The notes under the pieces were generated by a model. That model did not search any database. It worked only from the letters and a program-made list of their open reading frames with translations, and had not been told where the DNA came from. The translations under genes and the position numbers were made by a program. Below are positions 1 to 12,178 of a stretch of 64,000 bases of DNA, piece by piece. Source of the DNA: Ylistrum balloti (lineage: Eukaryota). The stretch lies in the NCBI RefSeq assembly GCF_031769215.1, contig NW_026782089.1, positions 248,001 through 312,000 of the forward strand. The letters run 5' to 3'. Numbering within the stretch: the stretch's first letter is position 1; each line of letters begins with the position of its first letter.

Positions 1-297
1 TAAGAAGTGTTTTGGGGTTTACCGCAACTGACGGTAAATTCTAATTACTGAAAAGTGAATAGAGAAATGATAGAAATGTAGTTTATATAACCTCGATGTA
101 TATAATGGACAATTATTTACAATTTCTTAACTTGGTATTGAATACGTATTCCGCTACACTCTAACTACATCACGTGATACCGACATGTAACGAACAAGAC
201 CACGTGATACCGACATGTTATGCAATACACTTTATAAAAATATTTAATTGATTTCAAATTTTTTTTATTTTAATACATGTATTAAGTAAACAATTAA

Positions 298-395
298 GGT
301 TCGACTCCCGAAACGGGCGTGAAAAGGATGGGGACATCTGCCCGACCACGTGGGCTTTCCCCAGGGTACTCCGGTTTCCTTCCACAGTAAGACCC
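298..395 (+). mobile_element. 5'-truncated tRNA-derived SINE fragment with a V-domain-like core
   Basis: GGTTCGACTCC (Pol III B-box-like) at 298-308 is followed by GGGCTTTCCCCAGGGTACTCCGGTTTCCTTCCACA, which resembles the V-SINE core GGGTTTCCTCCGGGTACTCCGGTTTCCTCCCAC (recalled consensus). No A-box is seen upstream. Confidence 0.55.
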
Positions 396-514
396 TTCTA
401 TATTTATAGCTATAAGGTTCAATAACTTGTCTGGCGATTGTTGCAAGATAAAAAGTTTGGAGGGTTTTTAACACCCCTTTGATCATTCACGTGAAAAAAA
501 AACAACCAGTTAAC

Positions 515-1272
515 NNNNNNNNNNNNNNNNNNNNNNNNNNNNNNNNNNNNNNNNNNNNNNNNNNNNNNNNNNNNNNNNNNNNNNNNNNNNNNNNNNNNNN
601 NNNNNNNNNNNNNNNNNNNNNNNNNNNNNNNNNNNNNNNNNNNNNNNNNNNNNNNNNNNNNNNNNNNNNNNNNNNNNNNNNNNNNNNNNNNNNNNNNNNN
701 NNNNNNNNNNNNNNNNNNNNNNNNNNNNNNNNNNNNNNNNNNNNNNNNNNNNNNNNNNNNNNNNNNNNNNNNNNNNNNNNNNNNNNNNNNNNNNNNNNNN
801 NNNNNNNNNNNNNNNNNNNNNNNNNNNNNNNNNNNNNNNNNNNNNNNNNNNNNNNNNNNNNNNNNNNNNNNNNNNNNNNNNNNNNNNNNNNNNNNNNNNN
901 NNNNNNNNNNNNNNNNNNNNNNNNNNNNNNNNNNNNNNNNNNNNNNNNNNNNNNNNNNNNNNNNNNNNNNNNNNNNNNNNNNNNNNNNNNNNNNNNNNNN
1001 NNNNNNNNNNNNNNNNNNNNNNNNNNNNNNNNNNNNNNNNNNNNNNNNNNNNNNNNNNNNNNNNNNNNNNNNNNNNNNNNNNNNNNNNNNNNNNNNNNNN
1101 NNNNNNNNNNNNNNNNNNNNNNNNNNNNNNNNNNNNNNNNNNNNNNNNNNNNNNNNNNNNNNNNNNNNNNNNNNNNNNNNNNNNNNNNNNNNNNNNNNNN
1201 NNNNNNNNNNNNNNNNNNNNNNNNNNNNNNNNNNNNNNNNNNNNNNNNNNNNNNNNNNNNNNNNNNNNNNNN
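515..1272. other. Assembly gap (758 N)
   Basis: Run of N. The ORFs spanning it in the track are artefacts. Confidence 1.
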
Positions 1273-2749
1273 TAGACAGCACATCGCCATTTTGAATCAA
1301 TCAGTAAAGGGATTTTCCCTCAAAGGACAAAGAATGCCAAACTTTTGGTTATTGAAACAGAAAAAAATCTTAACTCAATTGATTTAAAAAAGAAAAAAAA
1401 ACCTTTTTCTCTAATGAAATAACAAACGGGTATAAATACTACACATTATATATATATAAGTTAATAACGGATTTACTTACTATATCCAGCAGAAGTTGTT
1501 CGAGTGACTGTCGTCTGCTCGTTTCTATTCACGAGTATATTTGATACTGTAAGTATTTTGTACTGTTCCTCTCGTGTATATATATGCCTTTCCACTTGAC
1601 AATAAGGATGTAATTAAGAACAATGTGCTGCCAAATCGATGTAAAGACCATGTGATAATTATCACAACAGAGAATTTAACGTCATCGTCAGAGGGAAATA
1701 ATTCGTGCGAAATTCGTTGATAGTATCATGATGTGATCGGTTTCACCTGACACGAAATATCACCGAGATTATTCGTTTTTCACGTTTTCAAGTATGCAGC
1801 ACTTACCTAAAGGTCAAGAGATTTGTTTTTATTACTAATGTTTTGATGAGACAGTAAGAAGATAATTCAATTAATATGGTGGCGGATTTCTGCCATTACG
1901 TTTTGTCCTCCGATAGAGCGATAATCTTCGTCTGGTCGCAGTGACTAATTATCGTCATTTCGCAGCGACACAAATGAGAAAAAAGACTATTACTCAACTC
2001 AAAATAACGGGAAAGTGAGGTCACGAAATTGTAAGGCGAATTAATATTCGCAGCGACAAAATACCAAATATGGTAAAGTCGCCTCGGTAAGTATCATCTC
2101 TTCACCGTGTCAAAACGAAACAACGAAATGATAGAAATCAGCGATCAGAATGGTCTGTGGTTCTGGAGTCAGCTGGAATGAATACATCTTTGTATTCTTT
2201 AGAAAGATAATTATTTCTATGCACACAGGTACCAGCCTCCTCTGTCGGTAAATGAGGTAAAGCGGTAACTAAGCTGGCCTTACCAAAACGACTCATTTTC
2301 GAGAAAGATGTGTTGGTCACGAAACCATCGCAGCTATCTTGCTTGGAGTGGTCAGAATCGACAGATAAATAATTTTTCAGAGACATCTTGCTGGGAGTGG
2401 TCAGAATCGACAGATAAATGATTTTTTTCTAATTTGGTATAGGATTCACTCTATATCGTGCTCGAAAACTGTCAGACTTCAAACATTGTTAAATTGTCAG
2501 ATTTCAGTTAGTCGAACACTCCTCTAGCGGCGAAATCAGACACTGAATTCTTATAAACTATCTTCAAAAACATCTTTACATATCATGTGATTATATTATA
2601 ATGACGTTTTAAATCTGATGTTGACGGAATAACGTAAATCACACACACAAGTCAATAAATGATCATCTCGACAAACAGGTATAAACTGTATATATTACCG
2701 AAATACGTACATTCGATAATTTAAATCCATTGTAAATATTTGACTCTAA

Positions 2750-5700
2750 AACCCCGGTGCTCACAACCACGATGTCCACAGCCATCCAGTCCCTGGTGCC
2801 AACAACCGTCTATCCCCCTGTGTCGACAGCCGTCCAGCCCCACGGTGTCCACAGCCGTCCAGTCCACGATGTCCACAGCCATCCACTCCCTGGTGCCAAC
2901 AACCGTCTATCCCCCAGTGTCCAAAGCCGTCCACTCCCCGATGTCCAAAGCCGTCCAGCCCACGGTGTCCACAACTGTCTATCCCCCGGTGCCCACAGCC
3001 GTCCAGCACCGGTGTCCACAGCCGTCTATCCCCCGGTGTCCACAACCGTCTATACCCCGGTGTCCACAGCCGTCCAGCCCACGGTGTCCACAGTCGTCCA
3101 GCACCGGTGTCCACAAGCGTCTATCTCCCGGTGTTCACAGCCGTCCAGCACCCGGTGTCCATGGCCGTCCAGCCCACGGTGTCCACAGCCGTCTATCCCC
3201 CGGTGTCCACAGCCGTCCAGCACAAGGTGTCCACAGCCGTCCAGCCCTAGGTGTCCACAGTCGTCCAGTCCCCGGTGTCCACAAGCCTCTATCTCCCGGT
3301 GTCCACAGCCGTCCAGCACCCGGTGTCCATGGCCGTCCAGCCCCACGGTGTCCACAGCCGTCTATCCCCCGGTGTCCACAGCCGTCCAGCACAAGGTGTC
3401 CACAGCCGTCCAGCCCTAGGTGTCCACAGTCGTCCAGTCCCCGGTGTCCACAAGCCTCTATCTCCCGGTGTCCACAGCCGTCCAGCACCCGGTGTCCATG
3501 GCCGTCCAGCCCCACGGTGTCCACAGCCGTCCAGTCCGCGGTGTCCACAGCCGTTTATCCCCCGGTGTCCACAGCCATCCAGCCCCCGGTGTCCACAGCT
3601 GTCCAGACCGGGTGTCCACAACCGTCCAGTCCCCGGTGTCCACAGCCGTCGAGCCCCATGTTTCCACAGCCGTCCAGCCCCCGGTGTCCACAGCCGTCCA
3701 GCCCCAGATGACCACAGCCGTCCAGCCCTCGATGTCCACAGCCGTCCACCCCCGGTGTACACAACCATCCATCCCCCTATGTACACAAGCGTCTATCTCC
3801 AGGTGTCCACAGCCGTCCAGCACCCGGTGTCCATAGCCATCCAGCCCCACGGTGTCCACAGCCGACCAGTCCACGATGTCCACAGCCATCCAGTCCCTGG
3901 TGCCAACAACCGTCTATCCCCCTGTGTCGACAGCCGTCCAGCCCCACGGTGTCCACAGCCGTCCAGTCCACGATGTCCACAGTCATCCACTCCCTGGTGC
4001 CAACAACCGTCCATCCACCAGTGTCCAAAGCCGTCCACTCCCCGATGTCCAAAGCCGTCCAGCCCACGGTGTCCACAACTGTCTATCCCCCGGTGCCCAC
4101 AGCCGTCCAGCACCGGTGTCCACAGCCGTCTATCCCCCGGTGTCCACAACCGTCTATACCCCGGTGTCCACAGCCGTCCAGCCCACGGTGTCCACAGTCG
4201 TCCAGCACCGGTGTCCACAAGCGTCTATCTCCCGGTGTTCACAGCCGTCCAGCACCCGGTGTCCATGGCCGTCCAGCCCACGGTGTCCACAGCCGCCCAG
4301 TCCCCGGTGTCCACAGCCGTCTATCCCCCGGTGTCCATAGCCGTCCAGCCCAAGGTGTCCACAGCCGTCCAGCCCTAGGTGTCCACAAGTCGTCCAGTCC
4401 CCGGTGTCCACAAACCTCTATCTCCCGGTGTCCACAGCCGTCCAGCACCAGGTGTCTATGGCCGTCCAGCCCCACGGTGTCCACAGCCGTCCAGTCGCTG
4501 GTGTCCACAGCCGTTTATCCCCCGGTGTCCACAGCCGTCTATCCCCCGGTGTCCACAACCGTCCAGTCCACGGTGTCCACAGCCGTTCAGCCCCCGGTGT
4601 CCACAGCCGTCCAGTCTCTGGTGTCCACAACCGTCTATCTACCGGTGTCCACAGCCGTCCAGTCCATGGTGTCCACAGTCGTCCAGTCTCTGGTGTCCAC
4701 AGCCGTCCAGCCCCGATGTCCACAGTCGTCCAGCCCCCGGTGGCCACAGCCGTCAATCTACCGGTGTCCACAGTCGTCCAGTCTCTGGTGTCCACAGCCG
4801 TCTATCTACCGGTGTCCACAGCCGTCCAGCACCCGGTGTCCATAGCCATCCAGCCCCACGGTGTCCACAGCCGACCAGTCCACGATGTCCACAGCCATCC
4901 AGTCCCTGGTGCCAACAACCGTCTATCCCCCTGTGTCGACAGCCGTCCAGCCCCACGGTGTCCACAGCCGTCCAGTCCACGATGTCCACAATCATCCACT
5001 CCCTGGTGCCAACAACCGTCTATCCCCCAGTGTCCAAAGCCGTCCACTCCCCGATGTCCAAAGCCGTCCAGCCCACGGTGTCCACAACTGTCTATCCCCC
5101 GGTGCCCACAGCCGTCCAGCACCGGTGTCCACAGCCGTCTATCCCCCGGTGTCCACAACCGTCTATACCCCGGTGTCCACAGCCGTCCAGCCCACGGTGT
5201 CCACAGTCGTCCAGCACCGGTGTCCACAAGCGTCTATCTCCCGGTGTTCACAGCCGTCCAGCACCCGGTGTCCATGGCCGTCCAGCCCACGGTGTCCACA
5301 GCCGCCCAGTCCCCGGTGTCCACAGCCGTCTATCCCCCGGTGTCCACAGCCGTCCAGCCCAAGGTGTCCACAGCCGTCCAGCCCTAGGTGTCCACAAGTC
5401 GTCCAGTCCCCGGTGTCCACAAACCTCTATCTCCCGGTGTCCACAGCCGTCCAGCACCAGGTGTCTATGGCCGTCCAGCCCCACGGTGTCCACAGCCGTC
5501 CAGTCGCTGGTGTCCACAGCCGTTTATCCCCCGGTGTCCACAGCCGTCTATCCCCCGGTGTCCACAACCGTCCAGTCCACGGTGTCCACAGCCGTTCAGC
5601 CCCCGGTGTCCACAGCCGTCCAGCACCCGGTGTCCACAGCCGTCCAGCCCCCGATGTCCACAGCCTTCCAGCCCCCGGTGTCCACAGCCGTCTATCTACT

Positions 5701-8700
5701 GGTGTCCACAGCCTTCCAGCCCCCGATGTCCACAGCCGTCCAGCCCCCGGTGTCCACAGCCTTCCAGCCCCCGGTGTCCACAGCCGTCCAGTCCCCGGTG
5801 TCCACAGCCTTCCAGCCCCCGGTGTCCACAGCCGTCCAGCACCCGGTGTCCATGGCCGTCCAGCCCACGGTGTCCACAGCCGTCTATCCCCCGGTGTCCA
5901 CAGCCGTCCAGCCCAAGGTGTCCACAGCCGTCCAGTCGCTGGTGTCCACAGCCGTTTATCCCCCGGTGTCCACAGCCGTCTATCCCCCGGTGTCCACAAC
6001 CGTCCAGTCCACGGTGTCCACAGCCGTTCAGCCCCCGGTGTCCACAGCCGTCCAGCCCCCGGTGTCCACAGCCGTCCAGCCCCCGATGTCCACAGCCTTC
6101 CAGCCCCCGGTGTCCACAGCCGTCTATCTACTGGTGTCCACAGCCTTCCAGCCCCCGATGTCCACAGCCGTCCAGCCCCCGGTGTCCACAGCCTTCCAGC
6201 CCCCGGTGTCCACAGCCGTCCAGTCCCCGGTGTCCACAGCCTTCCAGCCCCCGGTGTCCACAGCCGTCCAGCACCCGGTGTCCATGGCCGTCCAGCCCAC
6301 GGTGTCCACAGCCGTCTATCCCCCGGTGTCCACAGCCGTCCAGCCCAAGGTGTCCACAGCCGTCCAGTCTCTGGTGTCCACAGCCGTCCAGTCCACGGTG
6401 TCCGCAGCCTTCCAGCCCCCGGTGTCCACAGACGTCCAGTTTATGGTGTCCTCAGCCGTCTATCTACCGGTTTTCACAGCCGTCCAGCCCCCGGTGTCCA
6501 CAGCCGTCCAGTCTCTGGTGTCCACAGCCGTCCAGCCCCGATGTCCACAGTCGTCCAGCCCCCGGTGGCCACAGCCGTCAATCTACCGGTGTCCACAGTC
6601 GTCCAGTCTCTGGTGTCCACAGCCGTCTATCTACCGGTGTCCACAGCCGTCCAGACCCCGGTGTCCACAGTCCAGTCCCCGGTGATCACAGCCGTCTATC
6701 TACCGGTGTCCACAGCCGTCCAGTCTCTGGTGTCCACAGCCGTCTATCTACCGGTGTCCAAAGCCGTCCAGTCTCCGGTGTCCACAGCCGTCTATCCACC
6801 GGTGTCCACAGCCGTCTATCTACCGGTGTCCTCAGCCGTCCAGTCCCCGGTGTCAACAGCCGTGTATCCCCCGTTGTCTACAGCCGTCCAGTCCACGGTG
6901 TCAACAGCCGTCCAGTCTCTGGTGTCCACAGCCGTCCAGTCCACGGTGTCCACAGCAGCCCAGTCCACGGTGTCCACAGCCGTCCAGTCCCCGGTGGCCA
7001 CAGCCGTCTATCTACCGGTGTCCTCAGCCGTCCAGCCCCCGGTGTCCAGAGTCGTCCAGTCTCTGGTGTCCACAACCGTCTATCTACCGGTGTCCACAGC
7101 CGTCCAGTCCACGGTGTCCACAGTCGTCCAGTCTTTGGTGTCCACAGCCGTCCAGCCCCCGATGTCCACAGCCTTCCAGCCCCCGGTGTCCACAGTCATC
7201 CAGTCTCTGGTGTCCACAGCCGTCTATCTACCGGTGTCCACAGCCGTCCAGTCCCCGATGTCCACAGCCTTCCAGCCCCCGGTGTCCACAGTCGTCCAGT
7301 CTCTGGTGTCCACAGCCGTCTATCTACCTGTGTCCACAGCCGTCCAGACCCCGGTGTCCACAGTCGTCCAGTCCCCGGTGGCCACAGCCGTCTATCTACC
7401 GGTGTCCACAGCCGTCCAGTCTCTGGTGTCCACAGCCGTCTATCTACCGGTGTCCAAAGCCGTCCAGTCTCCGGTGTCCACAGCCGTCTATCTACCGGTG
7501 TCCACAGCCGTCCAGTCCACGATGTCCACAGCCGTCTATCCACCGGTGTCCACAGCCGTCTATCTACCGGTGTCCACAGCCGTCCAGTCCCCGGTGTCAA
7601 CAGCCGTGTATCCCCCAATGTCCACAGCCGTCCAGTCCACGGTGTCCACAGCCGTCCAGTCTCTGGTGTCCACAGCCGTCCAGTCCACGGTGTCCACAGC
7701 AGCCCAGTCCACGGTGTCCACAGCCGTCCAGTCCCCGGTGGCCACAGCCGTCAATCTACCGGTGTCCACAGTCGTCCAGTCTCTGGTGTCCACAGCCGTC
7801 TATCTACCGGTGTCCACAGCCGTCCAGACCCCGGTGTCCACAGTCGTCCAGTCCCCGGTGATCACAGCCGTCTATCTACCGGTGTCCACAGCCGTCCAGT
7901 CTCTGGTGTCCACAGCCGTCTATCTACCGGTGTCCAAAGCCGTCCAGTCTCCGGTGTCCACAGCCGTCTATCCACCGGTGTCCACAGCCGTCTATCTACC
8001 GGTGTCCTCAGCCGTCCAGTCCCCGGTGTCAACAGCCGTGTATCCCCCGATGTCTACAGCCGTCCAGTCCACGGTGTCAACAGCCGTCCAGTCTCTGGTG
8101 TCCACAGCCGTCCAGTCCACGGTGTCCACAGCAGCCCAGTCCACGGTGTCCACAGCCGTCCAGTCCCCGGTGGCCACAGCCGTCTATCTACCGGTGTCCT
8201 CAGCCGTCCAGCCCCCGGTGTCCATAGTCGTCCAGTCTCTGGTGTCCACAACCGTCTATCTACCGGTGTCCACAGCCGTCCAGTCCACGGTGTCCACAGT
8301 CGTCCAGTCTTTGGTGTCCACAGCCGTCCAGCCCCCGATGTCCACAGCCTTCCAGCCCCCGGTGTCCACAGTCATCCAGTCTCTGGTGTCCACAGCCGTC
8401 TATCTACCGGTGTCCACAGCCGTCCAGTCCCCGATGTCCACAGCCTTCCAGCCCCCGGTGTCCACAGTCGTCCAGTCTCTGGTGTCCACAGCCGTCTATC
8501 TACCTGTGTCCACAGCCGTCCAGACCCCGGTGTCCACAGTCGTCCAGTCCCCGGTGGCCACAGCCGTCTATCTACCGGTGTCCACAGCCGTCCAGTCTCT
8601 GGTGTCCACAGCCGTCTATCTACCGGTGTCCAAAGCCGTCCAGTCTCCGGTGTCCACAGCCGTCTATCTACCGGTGTCCACAGCCGTCCAGTCCACGATG

Positions 8701-9281
8701 TCCACAGCCGTCTATCCACCGGTGTCCACAGCCGTCTATCTACCGGTGTCCACAGCCGTCCAGTCCCCGGTGTCAACAGCCGTGTATCCCCCAATGTCCA
8801 CAGCCGTCCAGTCCACGGTGTCCACAGCCGTCCAGTCTCTGGTGTCCACAGCCGTCCAGTCCACGGTGTCCACAGCAGCCCAGTCCACGGTGTCCACAGC
8901 CGTCCAGTCCCCGGTGGCCACAGCCGTCAATCTACCGGTGTCCACAGTCGTCCAGTCTCTGGTGTCCACAGCCGTCTATCTACCGGTGTCCACAGCCGTC
9001 CAGCCCCCGATGTCCACAGCCTTCCAGCCCCCGGTGTCCACAGTCGTCCAGTCTCTGGTGTCCACAGCCGTCTATCTACCGGTGTCCTCAGCCGTCCAGC
9101 CCCCGGTGTCCACAGTCGTCCAGTCTCTGGTGTCCACAGCCGTCTATCTAGAGGTGTCTACAGCCGTCCAGACCCCGGTGTCCACAGTCGTCCAGTCTCT
9201 GGTGTCCACAGCCGTCTATCTACCGGTGTCCACAGCCGTCCAGCCCCCGGTGTCCACAGCCGTCCAGTCCCCGGTGTCCAC
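2750..9281 (+). repeat. GC-rich 24-bp minisatellite (consensus CCCCCGGTGTCCACAGCCGTCCAG), ~270 units, with higher-order periods of about 1009, 432 and 1176 bp
   Basis: The unit is read directly. Near-identical ORF pairs give the higher-order periods: 3793/4802 and 4154/5163 (1009 bp), 5692/6124 (432 bp), 6816/7992 and 7196/8372 (1176 bp). Confidence 0.97.
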
Positions 9282-9570
9282 ATCTCCTCTAGTAAATTGA
9301 AATTGATATATTTAAGAAAAAAGTCTTTAATTTGTTAAAAAATTTTGTGACATATATATCAACATAAAGAAATAAAATGCAATGCTTATTTATTTCATAT
9401 ATTTTTAAAAACTGAATAAAACAACTATCATTTAATAGGCTAGATGGCACAGGTGACCATAGGTAAAATACAGGTAAAAACACAGGTAAACACAGATAAA
9501 TGAATAAGAAATAGACTATAATCCTTATCACAACATTCTTCTGTCCATGTTATTTTAGATAGTCGGCAAA

Positions 9571-9972
9571 TCGGGCTAGAGACCCACGGCGGGTGTGTCT
9601 TTAGTCTGGCGATAGACAGTTCGGCTAGAGACCCACGGCGGGTGTGTCTTTAGTCTAGCGATAGACAGTTCGGCTAGAGACCCACGGCGGGTGTGTCTTT
9701 AGTCTAGCGATAGATAGACACGGCGGGTGTGTCTTTAGTCTAGCGATAGACAGAGACCCACGGCGGGTGTGTCTTTAGTCTAGCGATAGACAGTTCGGCT
9801 AGAGACCCACGGCGGGTGTGTCTTTAGTCTAGCGATAGACAGTTCGGCTAGAGACCCACGGCGGGTGTGTCTTTAGTCTAGCGATAGACAGTTCGGCTAG
9901 AGACCCACGGCGGGTGTGTCTTTAGTCTAGCGATAGACAGTTCGGCTAGATACCCACGGCGTGTGTGTCTTT
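9571..9972 (+). repeat. 49-bp tandem repeat, ~8 copies (TCGGCTAGAGACCCACGGCGGGTGTGTCTTTAGTCTAGCGATAGACAGT)
   Basis: GACCCACGGC recurs at 9581 and 9630 and onward. Two internally deleted units lie near 9710-9755. Confidence 0.95.
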
Positions 9973-11577
9973 CACTGTTACTCTTTCCTGTAACAATTAT
10001 GCCCGACTTGTGTGATAAATAAATATACACAATATCATAGCTATCGTCCCATAATTATCTTAAACTATGATTCTACACTCACACATAATAAGCCTATTTC
10101 TATTCATGATACGAGAGTTCAACTCACAACAAAGAATTTAAATCTTTCGAGGAAGGTATATACGTGCGCATATCATGATACCAAGATAATCAAAGATTAT
10201 GCATATTTCGATTAGTTCAGAATATCAACATTTGATGAAAATTAATAAAAAGCAGAGGCGTTTATATTTCCTCAACTAAAGAAAGCAAGTAACAGAACAA
10301 ACAGTTCTAGTGACATCACGCGTCCTTATTTGTCTAACTAACTCTGATAACTTCACGTGCAACTTTCTTGAATATTTTTCCAAATCGATCTAAACTTCAA
10401 ATTTCCATCATGGGGGGGGGGGGGGGGGGGCTTCATTGAGTTCATGGCTCAGTGATAAGTTTCATTGTTTATTTAAGCCTTTCAGCTCATTAGTATAAAA
10501 GTTAAATACGTATAGATACAATGTACGTGTACAATATAAAGCTTTTATAACACATACTAAATATTCAGATATTATATGAAAATTAAGTTACATTGTACAA
10601 GACGAGAAGAAAAAATGATAGACTGACGGACATATGAAAAGTACAAAAGTATAATAGAAGGACAATCATCATTTAATTAGTGCTGAACAATATCATTTTA
10701 TAGGAAGCCATTGGCAGAAGATTCATGATAATTCAACAACACACATAAAACTTGAAATTTTGAGCGTAATTTTAAATTTGGTTGTAAATGTTTGCCTAGA
10801 TAACAGAATTCTGTTGTATTACGTACTGTTAGTAATTTTACCAGTTTGTATGATGACGGACAATTTTACTTATCCCTTTCACTAAACTTTTTACTTAAAT
10901 TTACATACAAATTAAAATAAATATAAAATGGAACTCGTTTTCTTCTAAATTCTAGTTACAATGAATGCAAATTCTATCTTTCCTTTGAATAATTTGGTAT
11001 CTACAGTCTTCTAAATGCGGCTGATGAGAAGAAATTTTACATGATAAGCCGTAGATAATGATCCGAAATAGATTTAGATCAATAGTGCTGTTAAGTAATC
11101 GAGTCTAACATTAATTTGCACACATGATATTTTGACGAATTTTCAACATATAATTAAATGAATTTATGGACAAGGTGCTGTTTGAAAAAGAAAAAGTTAA
11201 AATACGTTTTAGTTATCAGCTCTGATATGATGATTTAACCAAACATCCCCCAACAGCAGATAATAACAATACGTTATTAGCCTGACACTGCCTGGTACAG
11301 ATTCTGTGATTACATTCAATAGAAAGAGCGAATTTCTCTAATGTATGAACTGATTTTCACGATCGTTTACATCCATAGAACAAAGGAAGGGAGATAACCC
11401 TTCACCTTACATCAGGCCTGGTGTGCATGAAAAGAAATCTAACAGCTCCGACCGATTTGTTTCTCACACCTTTAACATTCATTAATGGACTTCGAAATCT
11501 TAAAAAAACTTTCCTCTTACCCCACTTCGATACAATTTCAAAAATAATTTAATTCTGTTCATACTATCAGAGACATA

Positions 11578-11870
11578 TGTAACCCTGGTAAAATACTAGC
11601 CGCAATATACCACTTGGCTAGAGAGAACTTCTCTTTAGCTCGATTGGTTGAGCGTCAGACTAGTAAGCCAGGGGTCCCGAGTACGATTCCTAGCGGAGGC
11701 ATTGAGATGAAAAATGACCTCTGTTACATTGGCGCCCATGTAGGGACCCGGGAATAGTACTTAGCCATGCCCCACCAGTATCGCTGTAACCCCTGGAAAC
11801 TCGAGGACGAGTTATTTACCAGGTTACATACTCCCCGTATGCATTGAGATGAAAAATGACCTCTGTTACA
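11578..11870 (+). mobile_element. TRIM (miniature non-autonomous LTR retrotransposon) with a tRNA-containing LTR, Helenus/TRIMp3-like, with a rearranged 3' LTR
   Basis: 5' LTR 11578-11728 has TGTAAC...GTTACA termini. PBS-like TGGCGCCCATGTAGGGAC at 11730-11747 matches the tRNA-Lys3 complement TGGCGCCCGAACAGGGAC at 14/18. The LTR's last 30 bp (11699-11728) repeat exactly at 11841-11870. A 4-bp TSD CATA lies at 11574-11577 and 11871-11874. Confidence 0.75.
11629..11701 (+). pseudogene. tRNA-Thr(AGT)-like sequence embedded in the TRIM LTR
   Basis: A-box TAGCTCGATTGG (11636-11647), anticodon loop CT-AGT-AA and B-box-like AGTACGATTCC fall at tRNA spacing. The acceptor and anticodon stems pair poorly, so it is not a functional tRNA. 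Confidence 0.7.
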
Positions 11871-12152
11871 CATATATAACTATCGAAAGGCTTGATATGC
11901 CCTGCTTGTACTCTCAACCAGGGACGTATATCTCAACTGGGAAGTGGTGCGAAAGACAAATGAAACAAATTTACTAGAACACTTTCGTCTCCGTCTACGT
12001 TCTACTCATTTGTCGTGAACGTGTTATAACGATATCGCCGCCTACTCACGTATGACATAGTACAAGAAGATGTGATCACATTAGGTTGGTTATGACAGAT
12101 AACGCTGGATGATTTCCCCAATTGACGCCTCTTACGCCGGTCGACCATGTCG

Positions 12153-12178
12153 GTCATATGACTTGAAAATCATATGAC
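12153..12178. promoter_or_regulatory. Two palindromic E-boxes (GTCATATGAC, TCATATGAC) just upstream of the hexosaminidase ATG
   Basis: Motifs are at 12153-12162 and 12170-12178, with the ATG at 12192. Their flanks match the CLEAR element GTCACGTGAC. Function is inferred. Confidence 0.35.

Noticed and set aside
171-218. 18-bp direct repeat CACGTGATACCGACATGT with E-boxes (30-bp spacing)
   Set aside because: It is a small local duplication with no identifiable gene nearby, so function cannot be supported.
419-1387. Long ORFs in the track spanning 419-1387
   Set aside because: They consist of N-gap translation (X).
2757-8969. Dozens of overlapping ORFs on both strands (WTP/CGH/VHSRP repeats)
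   Set aside because: They are by-products of a stop-poor 24-bp minisatellite, with no domains.
9571-9972. CRISPR-like appearance of the 49-bp array
   Set aside because: There are no unique spacers and no cas genes, and the context is eukaryotic.
11629-11701. Functional tRNA-Thr gene
   Set aside because: The acceptor and anticodon stems do not pair, the T-loop is mutated, and it lies inside an LTR with PBS and TSD.
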